Source: an uncultured Gammaproteobacteria bacterium (lineage in GTDB: Bacteria > Pseudomonadota > Gammaproteobacteria > JAURND01). Taken from it: a stretch of DNA of 64,000 bases. Positions 20,338 through 29,959 of the stretch are shown one piece after another; position 1 is the stretch's first letter; every line of letters begins with the position of its first letter. Position numbers and translations under genes: made by a program. The notes under the pieces were generated by a model. It was not told where the DNA came from and ran no database searches. It saw nothing but the letters and a program-made list of their open reading frames with translations. The stretch spans positions 1,120,001 through 1,184,000 of the forward strand of contig CAVQQD010000002.1 in NCBI GenBank assembly GCA_963714975.1, read 5' to 3'.

Positions 20338-22276
20338 ATTTTCTCTGGGGAATGGCTAACAACCCGCCCAGTATCATCAATAAGCCCCCATACCAAATCC
20401 AGCGTACAAAAGGCTTGTAATACAAGCGTAGTGACCAGGCATTTTGAGGCAAGGGCTCGCCCAATGCTACATATAAATCCCGAAACCAACCTGCATCAAT
20501 CGCTGTTTTCGCCAAAGCTGCATGTTGCACATTATAAATGCGTTGCTCTGGCCTTAACAATGTAATTATGTGGTTATTTTTACGGACTAACACTCCCGCT
20601 TCGATCCCCCGATAATTAGGCCCTGTAATTTCTCGGGTCCCTAACAATTGAAATTGATAAGGGCCAATCATGGCAATATCCTGCGGCTGCATTCGCACTT
20701 CCCGTTGTTCACTATAATACGAGCTTAACACGATGCCTAACCCACATACCGCCACCCCCAGATGGGCGACTACCATCCCCCATTGACTACGAGTTAATTT
20801 TCGCAACATTAATGGTGCAGTGGTTACCATCACCCAAAATAGCAAACTGAGGCCGAGGATTACCTGCCAATGCCATTGCTGTGCCAATAAGGGGGGTAAT
20901 ATTATCGCCAAGACTACAGCGACCACTAAACTCATCAAGGCTCGCCGACGAATCAATTTAAATTCCGTAGCGTACCAACGCGAAAAAGTGGCTCCTCCCA
21001 TAAAAAACAAAATACCTGCAGCAAACGGGATGAACACCAGATTAAAATAAGGCGGTCCTACCGATAATTTTTCCAACCCCAAACTATCGATAATTAACGG
21101 ATAAAGTGTACCCAATAAAATGGTCAGCATGGCTCCGGTCAGCAACAAATTATTAACCAATATAAAACTTTCTCGCGACAACCAGCCAAAATTGACCTCA
21201 TGGCGCAAACTTTGCGCTCGCAAGGCATACAATAATAAAGAAGAACCAATAACAAAGACCAAAAATCCTAAAATAAATACGCCACGCCAAGGATCCACGG
21301 CAAAGGCGTGTACAGAAATTAATACTCCAGAACGCACAATAAACGTGCCAATTAAACTTAAAGAAAAAGTGAAGATTGCCAATAATGCCGTCCAGGCTTT
21401 AAACGCATCTCGTTTGGCGGTGACTACCAAAGAATGAATTAATGCTGTACCGCTTAGCCAGGGAAGCAACGAGGCATTTTCCACTGGATCCCAAAACCAC
21501 CAGCCACCCCAACCCAGTTCCCGATAAGCCCACCAACTGCCTAAAATAATCCCTAAGGTTAAAAAGCACCAAGCCAGTAATGTCCAGGGTTTGGCCCAAC
21601 GCGCCCAAGCTGCATCTAAGCGGCCGCTGATTAATGCCGCAATCGCAAAAGCAAACGCAACAGAAAAACCCACATAGCCCATATAAAGCATGGGCGGGTG
21701 ACTGACTAAACCAGGATCTTGCAATAGTGGATTTAAATCTCGGCCATCTTGCGGAAAATTTGGTAGATAACGCAGAAAAGGGTTAGAGGTCACGAGCATA
21801 AACAGCAAGAACCCGCTGCTGATCATCCCCAATACTGCCAAGACCCGAGCGACGATCAGCGGAGGCAGACGACGACTACATAGAGCCACCCCAACAGTCC
21901 AGAAGCTAAGCAACAGTACCCATAACAGCAATGAGCCCTCATGCGCGCCCCAAATGGCGCAAAAACGGTAAATCCAAGGTAATTGGCTGTTGGAGTTGAG
22001 AGCGACATAGGCCACTGAGAAATCATTACGCAAAAAGCTGTAGGCCAGTGCCAAAAAAGCTAAGGTGATAAAAAAGCATTGGCCGTAGGCGGTGGGGCGG
22101 ATTAAATCCCCCTTTTGGCCCCCTCTCCCCAACCCTCTCCCACCTTCCCTCGCTGACGCTCGGGTGGGGGAGAGGGGGCCAAAAGGGAGGGGATTTTTAA
22201 CAACAAGAAGTACTACCTGAGCAATGGCAAAACACAAAGCGAGGATCAGGGCATAATGACCAAGTTCAGGAATCAT
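20297..22276 (-). CDS. ccmF: Heme lyase CcmF
   Basis: MIPELGHYAL, HPPMLYMGY, WGGWWFWDPVEN. Confidence 0.97.
   Translation of the reverse strand: MIPELGHYALILALCFAIAQVVLLVVKNPLPFGPLSPTRASAREGGRGLGRGGQKGDLIRPTAYGQCFFITLAFLALAYSFLRNDFSVAYVALNSNSQLPWIYRFCAIWGAHEGSLLLWVLLLSFWTVGVALCSRRLPPLIVARVLAVLGMISSGFLLFMLVTSNPFLRYLPNFPQDGRDLNPLLQDPGLVSHPPMLYMGYVGFSVAFAFAIAALISGRLDAAWARWAKPWTLLAWCFLTLGIILGSWWAYRELGWGGWWFWDPVENASLLPWLSGTALIHSLVVTAKRDAFKAWTALLAIFTFSLSLIGTFIVRSGVLISVHAFAVDPWRGVFILGFLVFVIGSSLLLYALRAQSLRHEVNFGWLSRESFILVNNLLLTGAMLTILLGTLYPLIIDSLGLEKLSVGPPYFNLVFIPFAAGILFFMGGATFSRWYATEFKLIRRRALMSLVVAVVLAIILPPLLAQQWHWQVILGLSLLFWVMVTTAPLMLRKLTRSQWGMVVAHLGVAVCGLGIVLSSYYSEQREVRMQPQDIAMIGPYQFQLLGTREITGPNYRGIEAGVLVRKNNHIITLLRPEQRIYNVQHAALAKTAIDAGWFRDLYVALGEPLPQNAWSLRLYYKPFVRWIWYGGLLMILGGLLAIPQRKFPSPLVGEGAEGG
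22104..22196. repeat. ~93-bp palindromic element inserted in frame in ccmF
   Basis: AAATCCCCCTTTTGGCCCCCTCTCCCC...GGGGAGAGGGGGCCAAAAGGGAGGGGATTT; encodes NPLPFGPLSPTRASAREGGRGLGRGGQKGD; core shared with 55273 and 55653. Confidence 0.85.
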
Positions 22277-22686
22277 CAGGTTTTCGCCAGTCCAGGTGGC
22301 ATATAGTTTTCATCATGTTTTGCAAGCACTTGGTCAGCAATAAAAACGCCCGCATTATTTAATTTACCCTGAACTACAATACCCTGCCCTTCACGAAATA
22401 AAGCCGGTAAGATTCCAATAAATTGCACTGGGATTTCATTATGGTAGTCTGTTAACACAAAGTGTACTTTAAGGCTATTCTCTTCACGTTGAAAGCTCCC
22501 CTCTTTGACCATCCCACCCAGGCGAAATGCTCGCACTAAAGCTGCTGTTTGGGCCGTTACTTGGCTTGGCGTAACATATAAGTTCACATTTTGCCCCAGT
22601 GCATAAATAACTAAGCCGGTGGCAATACTCACCCCAAACAAAATCACTACGATAGTATAAATTCTTTTTTTTCGATGCAGCTTCAT
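22276..22686 (-). CDS. ccmE: Heme chaperone CcmE
   Basis: LFREGQG and LAKHDENYMP. Confidence 0.96.
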   Translation of the reverse strand: MKLHRKKRIYTIVVILFGVSIATGLVIYALGQNVNLYVTPSQVTAQTAALVRAFRLGGMVKEGSFQREENSLKVHFVLTDYHNEIPVQFIGILPALFREGQGIVVQGKLNNAGVFIADQVLAKHDENYMPPGLAKT

Positions 22687-22796
22687 TACTTTTTAAGTAC
22701 CTGTACCACCAATACCACCAACGCAATACCATAGGCAGACCAGACATAAGCCCCATAACCACCCATAGAAATAAATTCCGAGAAAGACCCTAACAT
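22686..22796 (-). CDS. ccmD: Heme exporter protein CcmD (36 aa, absent from ORF track)
   Basis: MLGSFSEFISMGGYGAYVWSAYGIALVVLVVQVLKK; located between ccmC and ccmE. Confidence 0.9.
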   Translation of the reverse strand: MLGSFSEFISMGGYGAYVWSAYGIALVVLVVQVLKK

Positions 22797-23521
22797 AGCT
22801 TTATTTCTTTCACCCACCCGGTATTTCGTTCCCGACGTAAAATTTCTCGTCTTGCTCGCAACAATAAAATGCTTAAATAATACATAAAAAACCCTAACAA
22901 CATGGATAATAATGGGTAAAGCATACTAAGTTCAATACTTGGTTTTGCCAATTGTAAAAAGCTGGCTTTTTGATGCAAGGTATTCCACCAATTGACTGAA
23001 TAATGGATGATCGGCACGTCAATGACACCAATTAAGGTCAAAATGGCTGTGGCTCGCCCCGCAATATCTGGGTTTGACATCGCAGAACGCAAGCCTATCA
23101 CCCCAAAATATAAAAATAACAAAATTAGCTCAGAAGTCAGACGCGCATCCCAAATCCACCAAGTGCCCCACATCGGTTTACCCCATAAAGCACCCGTGAC
23201 TAAAGCCAGGAAAGTAAACCAGGCACCGATAGGGGCACTAGCAGCAGCCAAAACATCGGCTAATTTAATTCTCCAGATTAAATAAATACTGGAAAGTATT
23301 GCCATTACCACAAATACCAGCAGTGACAACGCGGCAGCCGGAACATGAATGTAGATGATCCGAAAGGCATTTCCTTGTTGATAATCCGCCGGCGCGAGCC
23401 ACAAGCCACCAAGCAAGCCATAACCCAAGGCGAGCAAGCAAATGGCCCAAACCCAAGGCAGTAATTGCCCGGTGCGATGATAAAAGTTTTTAGGTGATGC
23501 TAATTGATATAAGAATTGCAT
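22790..23521 (-). CDS. ccmC: Heme exporter CcmC
   Basis: WGKPMWGTWWIWDARLT and WWNTLHQ. Confidence 0.96.
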   Translation of the reverse strand: MQFLYQLASPKNFYHRTGQLLPWVWAICLLALGYGLLGGLWLAPADYQQGNAFRIIYIHVPAAALSLLVFVVMAILSSIYLIWRIKLADVLAAASAPIGAWFTFLALVTGALWGKPMWGTWWIWDARLTSELILLFLYFGVIGLRSAMSNPDIAGRATAILTLIGVIDVPIIHYSVNWWNTLHQKASFLQLAKPSIELSMLYPLLSMLLGFFMYYLSILLLRARREILRRERNTGWVKEIKLC

Positions 23522-23550
23522 AATACCCCCTCTCATAAACTCTCGACATC

Positions 23551-23597
23551 ACCCCTCATCCGGACTGCGGCCACCTTCTCCCACAAGGGGAGAAGGA
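23551..23597. repeat. REP-like element between ccmB and ccmC
   Basis: ACCCCTCATCCGGACTGCGGCCACCTTCTCCCACAAGGGGAGAAGG. Confidence 0.85.
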
Positions 23598-23624
23598 ATG
23601 ATGCCGAAGGTTTATTGAGGAAAG

Positions 23625-24305
23625 TTATAACTCTGCACTCAAACGCAACGCTGCACTAGCAGCCAAGGGAGCCAAAGTAAGCGCCAATACCAACAAAGCG
23701 CCTAAGATGGCAAAAGCCCCACGGCTAGGCAATCCAGCGCCCACATCAATCACAGCCCCAGTCCCAAAAATCAACACCGGCACTGCTAAGGGTAAAAATA
23801 ATAAAGCCAATAAAATGCTCTGCTGGCGTAATCCTACCGTCAAAGCCATCACAATACTAGCCAACAAACAAAGAGCTGGGGTGCCTAATAATAAGCTCAG
23901 GATTAAACTGACCAGCTCAGCACGCGACAGCGATAAACTCAGAGCCAAAATTGGGGTAATCAGAATCAAGGGGAATACGCTGATCATCCAATGTGCCATT
24001 ATTTTAGCGCATAACAGCAACGGCAACGGGCATGGGCTCAATAACCATAAATTTAAACTGCCATCTTCATAATCAGGGCGCAAAAAATGCTGAAAGGACA
24101 GTAAAATCGCTAATAACGCTGCCACCCAAATTAACCCTGGGCCCAGGGTGTGCAGTAAATTCCGCTCCGGGATTATAGCTAAAGGAAATAAACTGACGAT
24201 AATAATAAAAAATAACCAGACATTAACCCAATCCGCCTTATTACGATAGGCCATGCGAAAATCGTGGCGAATTAGGGTGGCTAATGGAAAAATCCAGCTC
24301 TTCAT
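23625..24305 (-). CDS. ccmB: Heme exporter CcmB
   Basis: PGLIWVAALLA, DYEDGSL, LPLAVPVLIFG. Confidence 0.95.
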   Translation of the reverse strand: MKSWIFPLATLIRHDFRMAYRNKADWVNVWLFFIIIVSLFPLAIIPERNLLHTLGPGLIWVAALLAILLSFQHFLRPDYEDGSLNLWLLSPCPLPLLLCAKIMAHWMISVFPLILITPILALSLSLSRAELVSLILSLLLGTPALCLLASIVMALTVGLRQQSILLALLFLPLAVPVLIFGTGAVIDVGAGLPSRGAFAILGALLVLALTLAPLAASAALRLSAEL

Positions 24306-24913
24306 AAATTCAATTGCTTAATCATCATCTGCCCCAATGAAAATGGCTGGTGACTCGTTAATACGATCATGCCCTCCGCCCTCAGGTGTTCAAACATTAG
24401 TTTTTCCATCAACGCAATACTTCCGGTATCGAGAGCCGTAAAAGGTTCATCTAAGAGCCACAATTTCGCTGGCAAAATAAGTAACCTAGCCAAAGCCACC
24501 CGTTGCCGCTGCCCAGCAGAAAGACGATGGCAAAGAGTATCCTGGTAAGGCAATAAATCCAACTGCGTTAAAGCTGCTAATAACAGGGACATTTTGGGCC
24601 GAGCCTGGCTCAAGCTGGCAGCAAAAGCTAAATTTTCCAGCACCGTCAACTGCGCCTTAACTCCAGTTTTATGGCCCAAATACAGCAACTGACGTTGGTA
24701 AGCTTGCTGGATTTGAGCGAGAGGAGTGCCGCACCAACCCACCTGCCCCTGCTGAGGGCTAGCTAAACCCGCTAAAATCTGTAATAAGCTCGACTTGCCC
24801 GAGCCATTAATGCCCCTAATATGTAAAATTTCCTGGGACATTAAATTAAAGTTCAGGTTTGAAAAAAGCAATTGATCACTACGAACACATGTCAGCTTAT
24901 CAGCAGTTAGCAT
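24302..24913 (-). CDS. ccmA: Heme exporter ATPase CcmA
   Basis: GINGSGKS, LSAGQRQRVALARL, LDEPFTALD. Confidence 0.95.
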   Translation of the reverse strand: MLTADKLTCVRSDQLLFSNLNFNLMSQEILHIRGINGSGKSSLLQILAGLASPQQGQVGWCGTPLAQIQQAYQRQLLYLGHKTGVKAQLTVLENLAFAASLSQARPKMSLLLAALTQLDLLPYQDTLCHRLSAGQRQRVALARLLILPAKLWLLDEPFTALDTGSIALMEKLMFEHLRAEGMIVLTSHQPFSLGQMMIKQLNL

Positions 24914-24998
24914 AATACCTCAGGCAAAAAAAATCTGGCTAATTGTACCCTAAAAGCGATTTTTTTCTACCCCGTCATCGCGCCTCCCCGTCGGGGCA

Positions 24999-25143
24999 CT
25001 TAGGGAGAGGGGGGATGGGGCAGACGCAACGCCTTCGGGGTCCTGCCGCTCGGTCACCCACCGTGCTCGCACGCTGCGCGCGGCGTGGTTTCCCCACGCG
25101 TCACCCCTACGGCTGCGTCTGCCATCCACCCCACACCTATGGA
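24999..25143. repeat. GC-rich multi-hairpin element, copy A
   Basis: Reverse complement of 26799-26942 with 3 substitutions and 1 indel; internal IR GGCAGACGCA/TGCGTCTGCC. Confidence 0.9.
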
Positions 25144-25212
25144 GTGAAATTAGCATGTTCACCGACTTGGACGGTCAAGAGATCCCTCGCTTTGCTCGGG
25201 ATGACAAGGGAT

Positions 25213-25695
25213 TTATGATCTAAGACGCGTTAAATTCTCTTTGTTGTTTTCTTGATTAGTAGGGGTTTGCACAAATTTAGTGCGGCGGATGCCATCAAAA
25301 CTATAGCGCCCGGCGCCAAAGCTCATGATGTAGAGTGTGCCACCCACGATAGTGATGTTTTTGAAAAAATTAATCATTTGAATTTGCACATCCGCTGTAG
25401 GATAAGTCCAAAAGTGGTGAATGAAAAAATTGACCGCAAGACAAAAAACAAAAAGTAAAAATGCTCCCAGTCGTGCATGCCAGCCGACTAAGATCATCAA
25501 GCCGCCTCCAAGCTCAAAAATAATGGCGCCAATAGCCAATTGCTGGACATAAAAATCCATCCCAGCTTGAGTCATATAGACAACTGTGCTGTCAAGGTTA
25601 AAAACTTTATTGAACCCAGAGAGAATAAAAATTACAGAAAAAAGAATGCGGCCTACTAATAAGGCTAGATTCTGCGAAGTTTTGTAGTTTGACAT
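25213..25695 (-). CDS. DoxX family membrane protein
   Basis: GRILFSVIFILSG, ELGGGL, FFKN, GAGRYSFD. Confidence 0.92.
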   Translation of the reverse strand: MSNYKTSQNLALLVGRILFSVIFILSGFNKVFNLDSTVVYMTQAGMDFYVQQLAIGAIIFELGGGLMILVGWHARLGAFLLFVFCLAVNFFIHHFWTYPTADVQIQMINFFKNITIVGGTLYIMSFGAGRYSFDGIRRTKFVQTPTNQENNKENLTRLRS

Positions 25696-25759
25696 AGTTA
25701 AGTCCTTTTAAATTATGAAAAAATCTTTATTACTTTTTCTCCCCTTGTAGGAGAAAGAA

Positions 25760-26320
25760 TTACTTAAGGAGAGGGAATTTCGTGGCGCACCCCCCAGTTT
25801 TTATGAATTGTTTTGAATATCCTAATAGAAGGTAAAGTGGGGCTGCATGTTGATTTGCTGCAGCCAATCGCTTTAATTCTGGTGAATCTATTTTTAGTAA
25901 ATAAGCAGTTTCATCAATGGGTTGGTTATTTTTCTTGCTTAATTTTTTCCTTTGGTAAACGCCAGTGATGGTAAATGAATGCATTTGTTGCGCAAACATT
26001 TGTGATTCGCTGGCTTGGTAAAGAAAAATTTGATTGGCATTTTCCTGTGAGTTTGGAACGAGACATTTTTTATTTTTTTCATTCAATCTAGTTAGTAAGA
26101 TCGGGTAGAGCTTCGTGACATAATCATCAAATAATTTGAGGTAAACCTTATGATTTTGCTCCTGAGTAATTGATCCTTGGTTTTCCATGGCTTGTGCTGC
26201 TTGAATAAGTGCAGGATTTTGTAACAAAGTGGGGCTCGTTGCCGGTGTTGCCAGGGCAGCGTGGCATAGAAATAATAGGCTGCTTAGAATTGTATTGAAT
26301 AATAAAATTTGTTTTTTCAT
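25760..26320 (-). CDS. Hypothetical exported protein
   Basis: Signal peptide ending ALA; two cysteines in the mature region. Confidence 0.7.
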   Translation of the reverse strand: MKKQILLFNTILSSLLFLCHAALATPATSPTLLQNPALIQAAQAMENQGSITQEQNHKVYLKLFDDYVTKLYPILLTRLNEKNKKCLVPNSQENANQIFLYQASESQMFAQQMHSFTITGVYQRKKLSKKNNQPIDETAYLLKIDSPELKRLAAANQHAAPLYLLLGYSKQFIKTGGCATKFPLLK

Positions 26321-26343
26321 TTTTGTCTCTTGGTATATCCCGC

Positions 26344-26404
26344 ATAACCGCTTGATATTATTCCTTCTCCCCTTGTGGGAGAAGGAATAATATCAAGCGG
26401 TTAT
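26344..26404. repeat. Perfect 28-bp-arm hairpin centred on the REP core
   Basis: ATAACCGCTTGATATTATTCCTTCTCCC / GGGAGAAGGAATAATATCAAGCGGTTAT. Confidence 0.9.
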
Positions 26405-26417
26405 TGAGGGAGCGGCT

Positions 26418-26714
26418 CTAGTTGTCCTTTAGTGCATCGGGGTTGCTAGGAGCTGAACCGCCTAAGCGCTTGCAGTTTTCTGGTGTCTTCCAAATAACGC
26501 CCTTACCTCTGCAAGTATTTTGCCCCTTGCACTCATGCAGCACTCGGCAAGTACTGGTGACTAATCGACATTGGCTAGTACCAGCACATTTATTAATTCC
26601 GTAGCATTTGACAAAAGCTGGCTTTTCAGCGAGCGTGGGGGTTGGTAAGGAAATAAAAGTTAATGCGACTGCAGCAGAAAGCGATGCACCAATTAATTTT
26701 TGCTTTCTATTCAT
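26418..26714 (-). CDS. Exported Cys-rich peptide resembling BufA2-type bufferin precursors
   Basis: Start MNRKQK after AGGAGG; signal peptide; VKCYGINKC...C...CKGQNTCRGKG...CKRLGG with 7 Cys. Confidence 0.75.
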   Translation of the reverse strand: MNRKQKLIGASLSAAVALTFISLPTPTLAEKPAFVKCYGINKCAGTSQCRLVTSTCRVLHECKGQNTCRGKGVIWKTPENCKRLGGSAPSNPDALKDN

Positions 26715-26798
26715 ACGTAACCTCCTTGTTAGCGAATAGAATGAACTACTATCAATAGTTAAGCACGAGATTGCCAAACTTGCCAGTGAAACTCTCCT

Positions 26799-26942
26799 TC
26801 CATAGGTGTGGGGTGGATGGCAGACGCAGCCGTAGGGGTGACGCGTGGGGAAACCACGCCGGGCGCAGCGTGCGAGCACGGCGGGTGACCGCGCGGCAGG
26901 ACCCCGAAGGCGTTGCGTCTGCCCCATCCCCCTCTCCCTAAG
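26799..26942. repeat. GC-rich multi-hairpin element, copy B (inverted relative to A)
   Basis: See 24999-25143. Confidence 0.9.
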
Positions 26943-27057
26943 GAAATTTGGAGCTGTTCACCGACTTGGCCGGCCCTGGCAGAGTTGTCCTCAGCATGTT
27001 AATGAGGCTGCCCTGCTTAACTTAATGGCAGTGGGCCGTAGGCCGGATGAGGGTGCA

Positions 27058-28110
27058 TCATTGGCGTAAAGTCCACCCACACAGCTTATACAACAACCGA
27101 GCACCCACATTAGCATCCCATTCTGCTGCAGGGTCCAGAGCTACTGGCGCCCCTGCAACGACTCTCCCCCCTAAAGAAACTTCATTCAAATCAAAACCTA
27201 TAATCGACCTGCCCGATTGACACACCATTTTGATTAACAATAAAGCCTCATAAAAATCTAAACCTCCAGGTACCGGCGTGCCAGTATGGGGGCAAAAACG
27301 TGGATCAAGGCCATCGATATCAAAGGAAACATAAACTTCCTCAGGCAGCTCTTGCACAATTTCTTCACACAATGCAGCCCAAGACCGCCCTTGTAATTTT
27401 TGCTCGGCCAATTGTGCATCGTAAAAACAACGAACCCGAGCTGCATGACTGCGAATAAACGCAAATTCCTCCTGACAAAAATCCCGAATCCCCACTTGCA
27501 CCAGCCGTGTCAACGGAGTTTGGGTTAAGACATTGTACATAATAGAAGCATGGGAATATTCAAACCCTTCAAATGCAGCGCGTAGATCGGCATGAGCATC
27601 AAAATGTAAAATCCCCATCTTGGGATAACGCTCTAAAAAAGCCCGCATTGCGCCAAAGGGCGTAGAATGATCACCTCCCACGATGCCTATTTTCCTACCC
27701 TCAGCCAAGAAACGTTTGCTCTCTTGATAAACAAAATCGTTTAACAGCGCGCTATAACGATTTACCGTAACGACGGCCTGTTGTAATTCAGCGGTATCCG
27801 CCGCCCCTCCCGCCGCAATAACTTGAGCAGCTGCCTTGCGCCCTTCTTCATTCCATAAACGGACTTGCGGGGATTCCTCCGTCATTGCAATGCCTCGCTG
27901 ATAGAAAGATCCAAGCTCTAAGTCAAATAAATCTATCTGCTTACTGGCATTTAAAATGGCACGTGGCGCACCCGCCGTACCTGCGCCATAGGAAGTGGTA
28001 ACCTCCCAAGGAACAGGTAATAAAACCAATTCAGCCTCTTCAGTTCGAAAAGGAAGCCCAAATATTCCAGACTCTGCAGCCGCCGCCGCATTGGGATCAA
28101 AACTTGTCAT
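27058..28110 (-). CDS. Agmatinase/ureohydrolase family protein
   Basis: GGDHS, DAHAD, SFDIDGLDP, GTPVPGG. Confidence 0.93.
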   Translation of the reverse strand: MTSFDPNAAAAAESGIFGLPFRTEEAELVLLPVPWEVTTSYGAGTAGAPRAILNASKQIDLFDLELGSFYQRGIAMTEESPQVRLWNEEGRKAAAQVIAAGGAADTAELQQAVVTVNRYSALLNDFVYQESKRFLAEGRKIGIVGGDHSTPFGAMRAFLERYPKMGILHFDAHADLRAAFEGFEYSHASIMYNVLTQTPLTRLVQVGIRDFCQEEFAFIRSHAARVRCFYDAQLAEQKLQGRSWAALCEEIVQELPEEVYVSFDIDGLDPRFCPHTGTPVPGGLDFYEALLLIKMVCQSGRSIIGFDLNEVSLGGRVVAGAPVALDPAAEWDANVGARLLYKLCGWTLRQ

Positions 28111-28243
28111 TGTGTAGCATAACCTTATGTGTTTATTAAATATGCATAAAAGTTTATCTTTTTATAGTTAAATTTCTTGACTCTAACGGCGATCCAACAA
28201 ATAATAGCATTAGCTTAATACCCCAACGTGTGGGAGCTTAGTT

Positions 28244-29341
28244 ATGGCTGAAGTAAAACTTTTTAAAGCAGTATTCGATACTCTCAAAAAAATTGTCGAC
28301 ACAGCCGATGATATCTGGATGTCTATGAGAAAAGCCGCCCTTTTCTCCAAAATAGAAACCGGAAAATTTCATCGCATCAGCTCTGTTCTAATAGGTAGCT
28401 TAGGTTTCACAGTTCACTTCCTTGAGGCATTTTTTGCGGTCGATGATCTCCGCGAAACCTATCAATCTTTAAATGATAAGAACCAAAGTGAAGATCGAAG
28501 TAAACCTCGTAAAGGCCAACTCAAATCACGCATTCTGGTAAGCAGCCTCACTATTTTGCTCGCAATGGCAGGTATGGCTCTCAGCGCCATGCTAATTGCC
28601 AGTGCTAAGGGAGCGGTCATACCTTTTACCGGCCTTTATCCTTTTCTGATTTCTGGATTGCTCTTTGCCATGTACTCGATGGCATTGGTACGAAAAGGAT
28701 ATTCTTATAGTGAATTTTCTCAACAGTACCAAGCTTCAAGTGTTGAAGTTCAGAAAAAGCAATTACGCGAAGCTAAATATGAATTCGGCTTTGGCTTCCT
28801 TGAAGTCGCTTTTTCCGGTGTGGGCTTGTTTGGTCTTGCCATGACCATCGAAGACTATTTTCGCGTCGCTAACATTCCCTTTGCAGAAAATGCAATCTGG
28901 TTTTTAGTAGCTGGTGCTGCTGCTGGCCTCCTAAATAAGGCGATAGAAGCCGTCTTTAAAGAGCATGATTATTCTCCAGCTAAGGTGTGGGATTATATTA
29001 AAAATCTTATTCGTTGTGGAAATGCTCCAGGGCCAGCGCGGAATGCACATACTAATTCGGATAATCTAACGGACAATGATTCTTCTATTCCGAAGAGTCC
29101 AAGTGGCTCATTTGATTTAATTAGTGGTACCTTATTAAATCAGCAAGCACTTCAATCTACTGCTACAGCCACTGACCTAAACCAAAGCCAAACTATACCC
29201 CCTACACCATCTGCTTTTGCGAGTCCGATAACTTATTTTTTCCCACCGAACCCATCCCAAACAGGTAATAATCTCCCTCTACCAAATGGAAACATTACTA
29301 GCGGATCACCCACTCTAACCTCAGAGCCTGCCACAAGCTAA
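28244..29341 (+). CDS. Hypothetical multi-TM protein with Ser/Pro/Thr-rich tail (effector-like)
   Basis: 365-aa ORF, several hydrophobic helices, low-complexity C-terminus. Confidence 0.75.
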   Translation: MAEVKLFKAVFDTLKKIVDTADDIWMSMRKAALFSKIETGKFHRISSVLIGSLGFTVHFLEAFFAVDDLRETYQSLNDKNQSEDRSKPRKGQLKSRILVSSLTILLAMAGMALSAMLIASAKGAVIPFTGLYPFLISGLLFAMYSMALVRKGYSYSEFSQQYQASSVEVQKKQLREAKYEFGFGFLEVAFSGVGLFGLAMTIEDYFRVANIPFAENAIWFLVAGAAAGLLNKAIEAVFKEHDYSPAKVWDYIKNLIRCGNAPGPARNAHTNSDNLTDNDSSIPKSPSGSFDLISGTLLNQQALQSTATATDLNQSQTIPPTPSAFASPITYFFPPNPSQTGNNLPLPNGNITSGSPTLTSEPATS

Positions 29342-29721
29342 ACCACCTCAGCTACAAATTTTTCCAGCACCAGGCTGATATTTTCCACAGTTAAAGGTTT
29401 AGCAATAAACTCATCCACTCCGACATCAACACTGCTCATGCGCACATCATCATCAGCCAAGGCTGTCAAGGCAATGATGGGAGTTTTGTGCTCAGTTTCT
29501 CGTTCACGAATAATTTCTGCGACTGTTAAACCATCAATATCAGGCAAACCTAAATCAAGCAAGACCAGCCAATAACGATTAGAATCAAATAATTCCAAAG
29601 CCCGGGCACCATTTTCTGCGATGTCCACTTGGCAATTTAATTGCTGTAAAATAGCAATTGCTGCTTCTTGGGCCACTTTCTCATCTTCTACCAATAAAAT
29701 TTTGAAGTTGATATTTTCCAT
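29338..29721 (-). CDS. Single-domain response regulator receiver
   Basis: ILLVEDE, LLDLGLPDIDG, IIALTA, KP. Confidence 0.92.
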   Translation of the reverse strand: MENINFKILLVEDEKVAQEAAIAILQQLNCQVDIAENGARALELFDSNRYWLVLLDLGLPDIDGLTVAEIIRERETEHKTPIIALTALADDDVRMSSVDVGVDEFIAKPLTVENISLVLEKFVAEVV

Positions 29722-29959
29722 AGATTTTACTCTCCAGTTCAATATGTAAACTGCGCCCGTTTCATGACTCTACGGGCTTAATAATCTCCCAATCAGGGAG
29801 GCAGCAGTATAACTTCTGTACAAAAATATACAAGCTCAAAAGAAGCAAATCGGCAGTATTCCTTCTCCCCTAGCGGAAATTGGGAAGCGCAAAAAAAACC
29901 TTCCAAAAAATATAAAAAACAAGTATAATTCAGCCTTAAATATAACTTATTGAGATATT

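Noticed and set aside
20289-20489. N-terminal extension of the enolase-family ORF
   Set aside because: Overlaps ccmF and REP DNA; family similarity begins at MKVIRVEI.
24943-27069. ORFs 24943-25218, 24950-25162, 26845-27069 and the 5' extension of 26418-26927
   Set aside because: Read-through of the GC-rich repeat; the real peptide starts at 26714 after AGGAGG.
29338-29721. Lone receiver protein as partner of the island kinase
   Set aside because: 30 kb away and outside the island; no sequence evidence of pairing.
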